Assembly: GCA_051294905.1 (NCBI GenBank)
Contig: CM119371.1
Coordinates: 22,570,001-22,634,000 of the forward strand
Direction: 5' to 3'
From: Botryllus schlosseri
Lineage: Eukaryota
DNA length: 64,000 nt
Within the stretch, counting starts at the first letter, position 1. Every line of letters starts with the position of its first letter. Position numbers and translations under genes: made by a program. Below, piece after piece: positions 50,782 to 64,000 of this stretch. The notes beneath the pieces were generated by a model. That model saw nothing but the letters and a program-made list of their open reading frames with translations. It was not told the DNA's origin and made no database searches.

Positions 50782-52626
50782 GCCTATACAATGTCGTGGC
50801 TCGTTGGCAGCACCAGAAAAATCGAAATCGGCTACTTGAATCTGGACTTCTTAATCTTTCCTTGCTAGGTATTTTCTTCGCGTCTTCCACTATCTTTAAT
50901 GTGGTGAATTGAGTCGATGTGAGGGTCGCCTAATATTTTACTTACTGGCTACTGAAATCAATCAACATCTTGGTTGTGCTCATCATCGTCAACGCAGTCA
51001 GAAGATGGGATGGTTGGTTTCGTGCAACGTTTTAACCAGATCTATCAGTTTATGATTGAAGGTAGTGGCCGCTAATAAGTATATTGACTAGACATAATGA
51101 AGTGCCATACTACCATTAAACACCATTAACTCACGGCGAAGATAAGTTACAGATCTTTCTAAAGAAACATCATCGTATGTCTGTGGTTTTCCACCTGTAG
51201 TTAATTTGAAATATTTCAGGATGCCGCGAGATAATGAGATATTACTATAATACGGTCAGTTCATTAGTTCAGCTCGAGCCCTCTAGGTGTGGGTTTGAGT
51301 ATTCAAAACCAGCCAACGATGCGGCGTGTACATGGAAAGGCACCGACTACTATAGCATATCTGCGTTAAGACTTAAATTTCTTGATGTGACAGCGGAATT
51401 CTGCGCAACACAAACTGAATCAGTGTTGTGACAAAATATACGGAGCATTGTTTCGCTGCTCCGTGATTATCCAGAAACATCGTGATTTTCGGAATACGGT
51501 GCGACTTGGTACCTGCCTAGTACCACATTTATATTTACAGACTATGCGTGGCAGTAGGCCTATAACTTTCCAATATAGTACGATTTGAGTATGGGTTATT
51601 GTCACCGGCTTTAACCTACAAGTTCCTTTGATTTCTAGGTTATCTCGGAAGGAACATCAAAAGACACCCTTATTTGCAATAAATATTACATTCATTCAAA
51701 TGTTTTCGTTTTGTGAAAATCAAGTTCCCATAGTTTTGTTATTGCGACAGTCGTTTCGCCCGCCAGTAATAGGGGAGCTGTGGTAGCCTACCAATGGATT
51801 CAAAATTGCACAATGATCTCTAACCTCCAAATCTTCACCCTATGAGAGCAGATTTTATGCTTGCTCAACACTTTGATACAAGCTCTACCAACCGGACGGA
51901 TACACAATTCATGAATATCCGACTTTGCAAAAATATTGAGGGACATTCAATCCCCCCCCCCCACCGGGAGGGTAGGGAGGAACACGACCTGGGGACCTAT
52001 GAGACAAAATACCGTAAATTTAAATGTTCTAAATTTTCTTGCTGTGTAATATAATGTATATTACGGCAAGCCAAAGAACAATGTTTTGTCGCAACCGTCG
52101 AGAAAATTGACCAAATAATACCTCAAAAGTTGTCATGAAATCACGTTTCGATTTAAGCAAAAACTTACAAATTTGAGGGTACATACAAATATCCCATAAA
52201 TCGAGATTGTGACCTCCAAATAGATCATTATAGCGATAAAACACCAACGGTAAGTAATAAATACAGCAGCTTTGTGTGCAGACGTGTTTCTGTTGTTGCA
52301 TGACTACTTAGTCCAACTATTTTGCTTGATTCCGCTATGGTATATCGTTGGTCTCAACTCTGGAAATTTTGTAATTGAATTGAAAAAAGTCCCCCAAAGA
52401 TGGTATCAAAAAAAATTGAGCCATTATATAGCCTGATACAAGCCCTAGAATTCACATTAAAAATTATTGCCAGTTTGGTCGTGCTGAAGGTTACAAAGAT
52501 AATGAATGCGTCGATCGAAATTTATTTTACTGCCGCAAAAGAGAAAATCTCTGTAAGACACCCCATAACTCGTACAGGTCGAATCTTTTTGCATGTGAGG
52601 AAAGAATCTGCCACCATGCAATTGTA

Positions 52627-54679
52627 CACTGTAAAAAATCTGGTAGATTTACTGGGAAATCTCTCAAAATTTTACAACGAATTACCGGTCGCAGCCAATA
52701 ACTGAACGTAGCTTGTAATTTTACATTTTGATATGTAATATTACCTTAATTTAGCTGTGAAGTCAAGTTACCAGAATTTCTTCGCAAAATTACTGACAGT
52801 TACTCGTTACTGCAGTTTACCAGGCTATTGGCAAAATTGATTAGCTTCAAAATCGCTACAGCCAATGTATATGGGGAACTGAATGTTACTGATATATCAT
52901 TCTGGTGGTGATTTGTCCTGATTCAACCTCGTTCGCGAAACTGGGGTCTGTCATACGGAAATTGGTGGCCCTAGTACCAATTTCAGTATAGTATATAGTA
53001 GGGTACAAGAAACAACTGGCAATCGTAGCTAATGTGGTTTTACACCTTGGCCATTATATTATATTATAAGGCTATGGCTATACGGCCGGTCTCGCCGGTT
53101 ACATTCGTCGTCACGGATAGAACTGATAAGTTAGAAAATCAGTTTAGGATGTATAATATTGTTTGGGAAACTAGAAATATCAGCACCGCATGCTCAGTTG
53201 ATCATTTGTTAATGGCGGACAAGGCGACCAGTAATGGGTTACATTAGGTTACCGTTACGCGTTACTGGGTTTCTGAGATTCGTTGTAAACAACCAACGCA
53301 CAACTGTGACATCACAAGCAGCGTCTGGTTAAGTAAGTACAGTAAGTAGTGAACAACACTTGGAATAAATATCAATTTATACGAGATCAGATGAAAAAGA
53401 AAGGGACTATATGTAATAATAAATGTTTCTGTATGGAAAACACGACCTAGATCATACATTATAACGTGGCCAGTAAACATTATTGGTGGCATATGTGAGC
53501 GGATGAATATCTCACTTATTTCGAAATCGCCTGAGTGTCGTCTGGCCAGTGGCCGTTATTGAGATTTGAGCGAAGGGTGAAGCGAAGCTTGTTGTGCTTG
53601 AAGAAAGTTGAAGATTGCTAGGAATGCTGAATGGGGTACCAATCGTAAAAGGTACAGTACTGCATAGCATTTGTTACCGTGAATATCTACGACTGTGCAC
53701 ACCACCGGGATGACTTTGATTTCATGATTGAAATATTTCATTCGCCGCATTTTCTGTTCTATTTTGGGATATTAGTCGACTTATATAGTGACCTGTGCCA
53801 CCACATACTCCGCCGCGGAGGAGTTGAAACTGTTGGTTTCTTACTGTCATTTTCGGGCCATACATAGAGATGTTTTCATTCACTGCTGGATTTGTTTGGC
53901 ACACACGCCACCTCAAATGAGGAACCTTTTGCTTCAATACATTAGATAAAGTATGTCTTGAATCTCAGCTATATCATGTAAAATGCGGAGCCGTCATCAC
54001 ACAATGTACCAGTACCGGTACTTCGAAACATGTTATATTTTTGTTAGCCCATAGTCTTTTCAATGTCATGTCTAGGTTAGCAACTTTGCTTAATATAGCG
54101 ACTTATGCATGAATTCTTTTCAGTGGAACTGCATGTTACACAGAAGGAATGAGGACGAGAAAAAGAAACAACTGGAAGTTTGGCCGGTGGTGGAATTAAT
54201 TCACCTTCTCTTGAGACCACTCGTGTTACTGCATGTCTCCTAAAGAAGAATTAGACCTCCAGCAGCAATACTTTTCCATCGATAACCATTTCATCGTGAA
54301 TCATTGAATATACAGTTTGTACCAATGTCGTTTTGGGAGTGTGAAGAAACTTTTTCGATATTTTAGCATCGCGTTGCTTTGCGATAGGTATGGATGTACG
54401 CGAATTTACAAGCTGGTATGTAGTCCAGATTTACACGGACAGCATGTAGGTAGGTAGGCGGTAAAATTACAGTCTCGGTCGTAAATGTACAGGAGAACAT
54501 GTAGATTGGATATACCGCGGGAGACTGTAACATTACAGTCTGGTGTGTTAAGTCAGATTACCAGACGAATGTAAGTTAAATTTACGTTGACTAACGGTAA
54601 TGTTATATTACCACGAAATGTCTGGCTACCGTGCTTCCAAACATTTCGCGGTAAATCGAGGTTTTTATTTTTTACAGTG
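52627..54679. mobile_element. CACTA/EnSpm-like non-autonomous element
   Basis: 13-bp TIR cactgtaaaaaat / attttttacagtg flanked by ta on both sides; ttac/gtaa-rich subterminal regions. Confidence 0.7.
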
Positions 54680-57600
54680 TAGAAAAAAATCACGGAGTGT
54701 AATCATGGGAATATCATAGACAATTGTTCAAGTATTTTAGGTCCCACGGTCTCATCGGTACCACATCTCCCCTACATAGTGATCCATTAAATAGGTAGTT
54801 AGATATGGAATGTGGCAACTGTTTGCGTTTGTGACTCAGTAAATACCAGACTATCCCGGAGACTTGTAGATTCACATTATAATTCCCGTGAAATTTGGTT
54901 CAAGAAAGATACTGAACTAGATTTAATTTTTATTTTATCGGAAACAATAGACATATAATCAGCATTTCGAAAGGACGGGGTTTCCAGTTTGAAATGGGAT
55001 GGGTTTTGATCACATAAACCAGTAGTACTTATCTTGCTGGCGATTTTAAAGGGGGCGATATGGGGGGCGCTGAAGAAAAATGGCTTCGCTGTAGAAGATG
55101 TGGTAGTAGGACATATCCTTAATGAGTATTCAGAACAAATTAACAATGCACAAAATTGGCAAATCCCGAAATTTTTGGTCTCGCTACGCGACGATGTTCG
55201 CCACATATGCTTTCATAAATGTAGTGGGTTATTATAATTTATATAAAACGAATTGCGCATGCTTTCAGATCGCCAATTTTTCCCGTTATTTAAAACACTG
55301 CCGTCGTCACGCCTGCTAGGGCTATATTTTCAACACAATGTTTCGAATTAGGTATTTTATCCCAAAGCGCACATCGTGTGAAAATCGAAGAAGGAGACAC
55401 TGTATATTACTTTTGAGAGCCCCTTATACATAAAATAAGTTTTGAAGCTTTATGCACGAAATGAAGAACTAAATATACTTGTATTTGAGAGCCACAAAAT
55501 TAAATCGTCAGAATAATTCTTCATCGTATCATAAAGGATGATACTATCTCGTGTTGCGGCTCACAACCACACATGAACGTTATATAATATGAGTTGCTTC
55601 GTTTGGAATGCATTCATGTTGAAATTAATAACTGCGTACAGTAATAAATTCAATGTGAGCAGATATATGCATCCCATTGTCAGTTGACTTACTTATTTAC
55701 AAACAGCACTGAGGCAAAATCCAATACCATTAACTTCCCCATATTGCCAATCGTCGATGTGAATTCGGGAAGGTTCGAACCACAGGGTCAGAGAGCGTAC
55801 CCGATTGTGGTTATAACAACGTTGATTTGACCCTGAATATACCACACATAATTATTATATGGTTTATTTTAGTCGAACGGTCCTCGAGCGCGATTAAAGC
55901 ACGAAATATTTTCAATACCGAAGTCTCAAAAAGACCGACTGAACTTTGACCTCTTACCAAGACCGAAACTGCTGCAACCCAAACCCCCAATCGGTTAGCT
56001 CGAAGGGTCCCCTAAATTATTTCGGTGAATGAACATAAATTAAACACCATGTTTTGACGACTCCCCCACGGATGAATACGCATAATTATAGGAATATAAA
56101 TAGGCATTTCGGCGTCGGCCATTACCACGCCACGATGCACGAAGACATATGAAGTTCCGGTGAATATGGGACTCCGAGAAGTGTGTCAAAAAGATCGTCA
56201 GCAAGAAAACCTTAGCCGAAGAGGATTGCCCTTATGTTGAGGGTAAACTTCGATGTATATAAGTCTAATTGTCCGAAGGTGCTTAAATCGCTCGTACCAA
56301 ATCATCATGTCGTCGCAATCTGCACCCCACATGGCAAATAACATAAATCAGAGAAAATTATTTGCGAGTAACAAAATACCAATTTTGAATCGTGTGCTTA
56401 CTTCAGTTTAATACGTTTATGCGTTTCAATATCTTTTGATTATATACCGTAGGAAAAGTAACAAAATAACATATAACGATTTAATTGTACCAACGGGCAT
56501 TCCCGAATATGTTCAATTATTAATTACGTGGCCTTCATTTTCCAATACAACAGCTCACTCAACGCTACTGGTAAATCTGATTGAGTGAGCTAAGAGGATA
56601 AAAAGTTTATAGGGACATATATATGCAATTACAACCTATTTCATTCCTGCATTATAGAAAATTTTGGCTTCTAGAGCGACCAGGCCCCATAATCTTTGCT
56701 TTCCATCGAAATCCCGCGACGGGGTTCTTGGGGGTGAAACCCCAATGAGTTTGGTTTATCACGCTATGGGTGCCCAAGACAATCGTTTGTTTAGGGGGGC
56801 TGACGAAGTGCTGTTGCGGCCCTCCCTCTCATACATTGTCTTTATTACAGTCCTTACAATATGAGGGGGGCGCTGGAGCACGATAATTATTGAAAGGGGG
56901 CGCTGGGGGAAAAAGGTTAAGAACCACTGACATAAACCCATCCACCAGCTACGCCATTGTTAGTAGCAATGACTCTGAGCCAGCAAGGGCTGCACAAACT
57001 TCATAAAACAGGATCCACGCCAATCGATGAACGTGTTGTCTATTCAATTTTTAAAATGCACAACTATAACTATATGCAACTACAGACTTTTTAGTATCTG
57101 TAACTACTACAAGACCTAGAAGAGTGGTTTCCCCATTGGGCAATTTTGAGAAACAAGGAGACTAACTAAACGGGTAGTTTGCACAATGTACATATCTATT
57201 TCTGGCCCTAATTTTCAAGTACTCGATGGAAGAAATACCAACAATGTGGCAACTTTACTACTCTTCGAAGTTTAAATGAAGTGGCATTTTGGGATGCATA
57301 TCTATTATTACATTTTAATATTATATATTCACTGCGTAAGTATATTAAAACCCGATACTTTTCGAGATGACACTCTTCAGGGGTAATCGTATGCAAATAG
57401 AAAATTTCTGAAACTTCTGTCTAACTACATTGTATGCCACCGATTGCGACGTCATAGAGATGAATAAAACAACAAATGCAAGCAGACCGTGAGCCCAACT
57501 AGTGACCAATGAATGACAGCTTGATCAGGAATTCCTTCTTCTTACACAAGTGTGACTGGTGGATTTTAATATTTGTTGATTCAAATTCAGACACAACGAA

Positions 57601-58175
57601 AAGTGTGCACCCTCTATAGCCAATAGCCAATATAGAAAATTAGTCTCCGTATAGTTTTTATTATTAACGGAATTATCTCCCAAATGATTGCCAATGAATG
57701 AATTCATAGCCATAACATAATCATGATCAGCCACGGTTTGATTCTCCTTGATTCTAAAGTGCGCGATCGCATAGCTTTGTTTTCCGTGTCCGTTGTTTTA
57801 GTTGTGATGCGTCGTTTGTCCTGCGTATGACTGTCTCCTCACCTCATTCCCGATTACAAGACTACTGTAAGCGTTCACGTCGACACAATTCTCATCGCGA
57901 ATAGGATAGGTGCAAAAGAGTAGAGATGTGTAAATAAAAACATGTAATAAGTCGATAATGAAGCTAGAACAACTGGGCGAGGTGGCAATAATGTTCGAGT
58001 GTTACCACATAGTCAAGTCCATAATATCCGAGAAGACCACTGTATGAACAAGGAAAGTACGTCCGCGATAGCACGCACGCAGTTTAAACCGAGTTTTTAC
58101 CGCCAACTAGGTAATTGCAGGTGTACGCTTTACAATCTTGATTGATCCCCTTGTGTCTAGGAATCTACCATGACC

Positions 58176-58375
58176 TCAATCAGTAGGAATCGGTGGCCTG
58201 TGTGGATTTCTGTCACTGGCCAATCCTCGAGTTCTCTGATCTATCAGTAGACGTAAACATCGCGTTGGAGTAGAGTCGTATCTGATGTCGAATTTGTTGA
58301 CGAATAGCTCTTGCCTTCGCGTTATCCACTTCAAGTCACCGGCGCCGAACACACATGAGCCGTGTTGCCAGTATC
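58176..58375 (-). CDS. Core-2/I-branching beta-1,6-N-acetylglucosaminyltransferase (GT14, GCNT-like), last coding exon
   Basis: tttacag|GA TAC...: GYWQHGSCVFGAGDLKWITRRQELFVNKFDIRYDSTPTRCLRLLIDQRTR...PTD*; matches the GCNT C-terminal CxFGxGDL...FxNKFD motif. Confidence 0.92.
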
Positions 58376-58642
58376 CTGTAAATTAAGCAAAATATTCGAT
58401 AGTCGAAATACAAACCGAAGTCAAACGAGGGTGTAGTGCCAGTTATCATGAATGGGCAAAAAATTTTCTGATAGCAATAAGCTACGTGCAGAGCGTAAGA
58501 TAAACGATAAACGTTATTGGTGACGAGCCTGTCATCGCAATTACTACAAAACATAAAACTAATAAGAAACCGGTGTGTGGACGAATACGATCCTCTATCC
58601 AGCATTCGGGCATTGCATCAACCTTGAACACAGTCCACTTAC

Positions 58643-58971
58643 CCCGACAAGTTTTTTCATTCTCTGTGCCTTTCCATAGAATAGCTCTTGCGATACTCCT
58701 CCAACTTAAAGTTTCGGAAGACCTAGGTGACTTTCTATATATGTGTAGCGTCGCCCAAAAGTGCTCGTCCGGCGTCCTGGTGTAAGAGGTCCAGTTGAGT
58801 AGCGCTCGGCCTTCTTCGCTATCTACGAGTGCCCATTGCAAATAGTCACGCGTAAAAATTGCGTACGCGATGTTCTTCGCGATCGTTAAATTATACGGGG
58901 GCGGCTCCAATAGCTGTTTCGACTGGTGTAGGACTTCTATTGTCTTATTTCCATATGTTGTGTCTTTAAGT
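58643..58971 (-). CDS. GCNT-like glycosyltransferase, penultimate exon
   Basis: ttttgcag| ... |gtaagt; PPPYNLTIAKNIAYAIFTRDY...LLNWTSYTRTPDEHFWATL...ARAILW...TCRG, with the catalytic PDE glutamate retained. Confidence 0.93.
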
Positions 58972-59714
58972 CTGCAAAATCAATCGCATGGTTGAATAGT
59001 AGCACAAGGCGCATAAGATGCTCTTAACTGAATACTTGGTCATACAAAAACTGAGAGTGTGATTTCTATTTGGCGAGGTATGACGTGGGTAATCCTTGAA
59101 TTGATGGCTGGAACAAATTAAGATCATGCTAAACTATGACGGTGCTTGGAATGGATTCATAGCGAACAGGAATGGAACTTCAAGATACTAGCGGGAATCG
59201 AAATGAACCGCCACTTTCAACTATCCTTTATAATTGAAACAAAATACCAACAGTATGTCCACTAGTTACCGTTTTGAATGAGCGAGTGCATGACGCATCA
59301 ACTTTTTCACTGCATATGTTTGCATGCGAGGTCGACCGATATTGATTTTTGCAGGCCGGTAACGATACCCATTATCGACACACTCCCATGGCCGATGAGC
59401 GATAACATATTCCGATAATAATATGGAAGGAGCATGATAACCATTTCACCCAAAATATGATATAATAGCCAAAATGGCCTCTGTACACGCCACATAAAGC
59501 TGAACAGCAAACAAGCAAACTGAAATCAGATAGAATTTTGCACATTCATTGGCATTTAGGGTAACCCAACAAGCAAAACTTGATAAAGAATTGCATATCA
59601 GTCCTGTAACGGTACATTTTAATGCATGAAGAACATTTCTCTGCATTTTCACCAGTTACACTTCCTGCAATTGTGCATCTGAGCCATTTCATTGTTAACA
59701 CGTTCACTTGGGAC

Positions 59715-61185
59715 CAGGGCTGTGGAGTCGGTAAATTTCACCACCGACTCCAACTCCGATTCCGACTCCTGAGACTTTAAACGTACCGGCTTCGACTCCA
59801 ACAGTAATAGCAATTTACTTCGAAAATTATATGTCGCAGTAACGGTTAAATGACGGTTAAATCTTAAACGGTTAAATCTTATAACCATTAGTCCATTACA
59901 CATATGCAAACATGATTACTGATGACATGCAAAATTGTTTCATTGTGGCACAGCTCGAATTATTCACTATGAAATTAACACGAAAGATTGCCTTTCTGAA
60001 TATCCTTCATTTCTTCATATTTGTTAAACATGGACTCACGAATATCCTAATATGCATGAATCATGTAAACATGACCTATATCCAATCCTGTATAATTCGA
60101 AGTATAGCTCTTGTGTATGAGTCAGCAACTGATACAGAGATGTACCTTACTAATTATTTCATTACACACTATACTGATTATAAGCACACACGCTATTACT
60201 AGTAATAAACATTAATCATTAATGAAATTGAGGAAGTAGTCAAATAGCATATGTCTATTCTATACATGCACCAAGTCAAGTAATCCATGACTAGGACTTG
60301 CAGTCTTTCTGAATAATTTGTTCGACCCAAGCTGCTCAACTACACTACAAATATTTTTAATTTTGTCAAAGGTATATTTACATCAATTTAACAAAACCAG
60401 ACGATGTATTCACTCTGTCACAGTATCATGGTAGAATTCCAAAATTGCATCGTTTTTGTGGCTGTATCGCGAAGATGCATGTTGCGATTTTCTTCCCCTA
60501 TGCAATTGATTTTCAATTTCCAAATAATGTCCAATTTTACCTATATCAGGGGTGGCAAATCTTTTCGGCCAAAGGGCTACACGAGATGTACGAACCATTG
60601 CGCGGGAACTGGAATGTTGATAACCTTTTTTTAGTCGTCTGATAGGAGTGAACCGAATTAGGTAACATTGAAAACAAGACTTATTTTACTACGATTTAAA
60701 ATTAATAACAAATATATCATGCCCCTGTGCAGTGTGCACTCACATATATTGGGCTCATTTGGCAAGGACAATATTATTCGGCGTTTAGACATAGCAATAT
60801 CGGCGGCTGTGGTGAACATGCCTCCATTATTTTGTTGCAATTTTCTGATTTCGAGAATTACCTCGCACACCACAAAAATTTTTTCTCGCGGGCCACATTT
60901 GGCTTGCGGGCCGAAGGATGGCCCCCCTGATCTGTATCGATATTATTAATGTGGATTGATGGTACATAAAAATCCTAGTGAAAATCCTTTGAAAGCAATT
61001 GTTATCATGATAAAGAAGTTGGAGTCGGAGTCAGGGTCATTTTCACAAACTCCGACTCCGACTCCAGTCAATATACTGTTTCCACGACTCCGACTCCGAC
61101 TCCAGCCTCTATAGTTTTCACGACTCCGACTCCGACTCCATCAAGCGAAAATCAGCCAAACTCCGACTCCGACTCCACAGCCCTG
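59715..61185. mobile_element. hAT-type element with (gactcc)n repeats in a GCNT intron
   Basis: TIRs cagggctgtggagtcgg / ccgactccacagccctg; TSD cttgggac / ctagggag (6/8). Nested hAT MITE at 60547-60929 (caggggtggc...gcccccctg). Confidence 0.8.
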
Positions 61186-61547
61186 CTAGGGAGAGATGAG
61201 GATGTCTGGGTTAGATACTTCCTTGCTGTCTTGGTCAACAGCTGATTGACAATTCAATTGGTCATATTTTGCTTATTCGGTAACGAATCTTTGAGGTCTA
61301 TTAATAGTTCGTCATAAATACCGCTACTTTTAGTAGGCTACTCCTGAAGTACCATCTTTAGTACTGAGATGCATGGAATTATGTGATTATTCATTATTCT
61401 TTTTGGCGCTCATCGGCTCATCAGTTCAAAGGAGTATGGTTGATCTGTTATTTTCGAATCGATTCCATATAAATGTAATACATATTGTTGACAAGGTGTC
61501 TCGCATATAGGCATGCAACTATGGAAGTGACATCAGTTCCAACACAC

Positions 61548-61672
61548 ACGTGGATGAACTTGACTCTCTTCGCGGCGATTTCGTTGAGTTTTTTCGTGCC
61601 AGACAAACACATCCGACCGTCCATTGCTTCGAGCTGATTCACAATTTCCAGATTAGTTTTTGTGGGATAGTC
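61548..61672 (-). CDS. GCNT-like glycosyltransferase, internal exon (5' exons not found; probably beyond the window)
   Basis: aaaacag|DYPTKTNLEIVNQLEAMDGRMCLSGTKKLNEIAAKRVKFIHV|gtgtgt; the (Q)DxPxKTNxEIV motif is characteristic of GCNTs; the phase 2 end fits exon 58643-58971. Confidence 0.9.
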
Positions 61673-61916
61673 CTGTTTTAAGAGAACGAGATAAATACGG
61701 ACGGATGAATCCAAATATATATATTTTCAGACAGTCAGCAACGAGTACATATTAAAAACAGATTCGACACAACGTATCACATCCGGATTAGCAATGCAAT
61801 TTAGCTATAATAACGGGCACTGTCTTTAAGATAGTATTTGATTTTGCTTCTCAGTTATCTCAGACTCCGACCGATAATTTTACGAATAAATAGCCTCATG
61901 GCAAGTCCTTTGCTAT

Positions 61917-62146
61917 CAGACATGGGGTAATCGCGATTAGTAATCGTAATCGATTACGACGATTACAGCATTGTCAAGTAATCGTAATCGCAATCGATTA
62001 CATTCGAAAAAATTCCCAAGTAATCGTAATCGTAATCGACTACTTCCCATATTTAATCGATTTCTTTGTGAAAGAACGATTACTTTTTATTTGTACAGGA
62101 CTATGACATAAGCTGAACATTCGTTAACATGAACAAGGATTATACC
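61917..62146 (-). mobile_element. End of (gattac)n hAT-type element, interrupted
   Basis: Reverse complement of ~17430-17662. Confidence 0.85.
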
Positions 62147-64000
62147 CAGGCCGTGTTATTTTTGGCATTTCAGGAGCCAGATGCCAAAACTGCCAAAAAT
62201 AAAAATTTGAAAATGCCAAAAATAAGCAATTTTTGGCATATGCCAAAAATAACGCGGCCTGCCAAATAGTGTATTTCCTTCATAGTGTTGTGTCAACAGG
62301 ACCGCGTTACAAGCGAGAAGAGCGTTTGTGAAAGGCAGGTTTCTTAATCTGGGTCCAGCTCACCCATTAGGGGTGAAAGCATGGTGTCCTAAATGGTGTG
62401 GGCACAGCGTGATTGAACGGCTGACTGCATTTGGTTACGTCATACTTTCCATTTGTCCAAAGGCAATTTTACGACCATTTTTGACCGGCTTGTCGAGCAC
62501 TAAATTTGATAAAACGGGTATCAATGAGAAGCTGCCGCAGTACTGATTATTAAAATATAAATTATATTCTGCTCATGGAGCTGGAACCCCCAAATTCAAC
62601 CACGATCTTTGCATTGTGATCGAGTTGAACATTGTGACGCAACAAACTGTCTGGCTATTTCTGAGCTGCATAGTCTCGTTTTGCCAGACAGTAGGGATGG
62701 TGTGAACCTCTGAAAGGTTCAGGTTCGTGTGAATGCGAACCTTTTTGAAAGGTTCTGTGTGAACGCGAACGTCAAACTCATGACGTCACGTGACGTCACA
62801 TTGCTAATTTCAACCCTATATTTCAAGATTGACCCCGTACGCTTGCTAGATTTTTACATCAGAAAACGATATCAATCTCATTGATTGATTGAATAAGCAT
62901 CATTCGCTGACTACATGTAGTGTATTTCGCTCTTGATATTGTGTGATTGCGGGTCAAGCTCACAGCAGAGAGTCACTAAATATTCATAAGTAAGGCTGGA
63001 TAGGCGGAAGGGTGGATATTTCGAGCAAACCTTTGTAACAAAGCAAGTAAAATTTTTCAGAATGTCAACGTGCATGCTCGTTTAGTGTTGATTGTTTATG
63101 CTGTCAGCGCCATGCATAGATTGGCCCGTAGTTGAAATGCAATAAATTTGAACCAAATATGTTATAATGAACTGAAAATTGTAATATATGAAAAAAGGTT
63201 CACAGTGCAGAACCTTCCAAGGTTCTGTTGTGAACGCGAACCTCAAAATTTCCGAGGTTCACACACAGAACGCGAACGTGAACCTCACGTTCACACCGTC
63301 CCTACCAGACAGTCTTGTTGCGTCAATGTTCTTAAACAAGCTAACCTTCCCGGGACTCTTCCATGCGAGTTGGTAATATTAAAGCCACCTGAAGTGACAA
63401 AAGTCCTCCGAAAATATATCGGTAGACTGAAGGAGAAATGATAGTCGGGCTACTAAATAGAATGTGTTGAGAGACAACACAGGAAACTCCTGGAAAAGGA
63501 TCGGGAAGAAAATTCTTTCCGCGATGAGATCGATGGCACTGGCGAAGTGATCTCTTCATAATGCATGAAAGCCGGTTCGGCCCTCCAAAGATTTTAAAGC
63601 TCTGAAAACCTTTTGTGGATGACTGGCAACATTCTTTCCCTCAACGGCTACTGTTGAAGCCGATATTTCCCAGATTCGCTGGGCGAGAAATGAATTTAGG
63701 AGAAACTTAGCTGACCTGAGTTTGGAAGCACTGTTACAGTGCAAACGATTTAAGTCTATTCAACAGCTGTAACAATCAGCTGTTGAGCGTGTTTGTTAGG
63801 CTTTTCTTTCTTTTTTTTTTTTGCTTATTGGCACCGAGTCCGATGGATACTGCACATTTTGTGGTTTCGTTTGATATTATTAACCTATGAAATCGTTAGG
63901 TTTTTTCTTCTTATTATTGTTTGTTGGCGCTGATTATACGTGGGTGATGCACATTTAGTGGTGTCTTTTGACAAACTAGCCCAAATAAAGCGTTTTTGTG
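62147..64000 (+). mobile_element. 1.35-kb non-autonomous hAT element, copy 3 (runs off the window; contains a nested MITE)
   Basis: Highly similar to copies 1 and 2 from the left TIR to the window end. Confidence 0.92.
62692..63304 (-). mobile_element. hAT MITE (tagggatggtgtgaac family) nested in copy 3
   Basis: TIRs tagggatggtgtgaa / ttcacaccgtcccta; perfect 8-bp TSD ccagacag; opposite orientation to 49877-50781. Confidence 0.92.

Noticed and set aside
58482..58910. 142-aa ORF with a C-terminal hydrophobic segment as a standalone membrane protein
   Set aside because: Sequence past the gtaagt donor at 58642 is intronic; the GCNT frame resumes at 58375.

Overview
AT-rich eukaryotic (animal) genomic DNA with GT-AG introns, very dense in non-autonomous DNA transposons. 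The repeat types suggest a marine invertebrate such as an ascidian; that is an inference. Two host genes are recognisable. (i) A plus-strand IRE1-like Ser/Thr kinase exon (42159-42998). I find no KEN/RNase domain after it. Instead there is a phase-compatible exon (47608-47800) encoding a close match to the 4E-BP eIF4E-binding motif, then three decayed CCCH zinc-finger-like segments. This architecture is the most unusual thing in the window. (ii) The last three coding exons of a minus-strand Core-2/I-branching beta-1,6-GlcNAc transferase (GT14) at 58176-61672. The left half (about 1-28 kb) is an old segmental duplication carrying a decayed, unidentified minus-strand coding family. Repeats include many hAT MITEs with verified 8-bp TSDs, three copies of a 1.35-kb hAT derivative with a transposase C-terminal remnant, Mutator-type foldback MITEs (9-bp TSD), a P-like foldback (7-bp TSD), a CACTA-like element, a 5'-truncated CR1-group LINE and tRNA-derived SINEs, one sharing its 3' tail with the LINE. 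Most short ORFs in the track are spurious.
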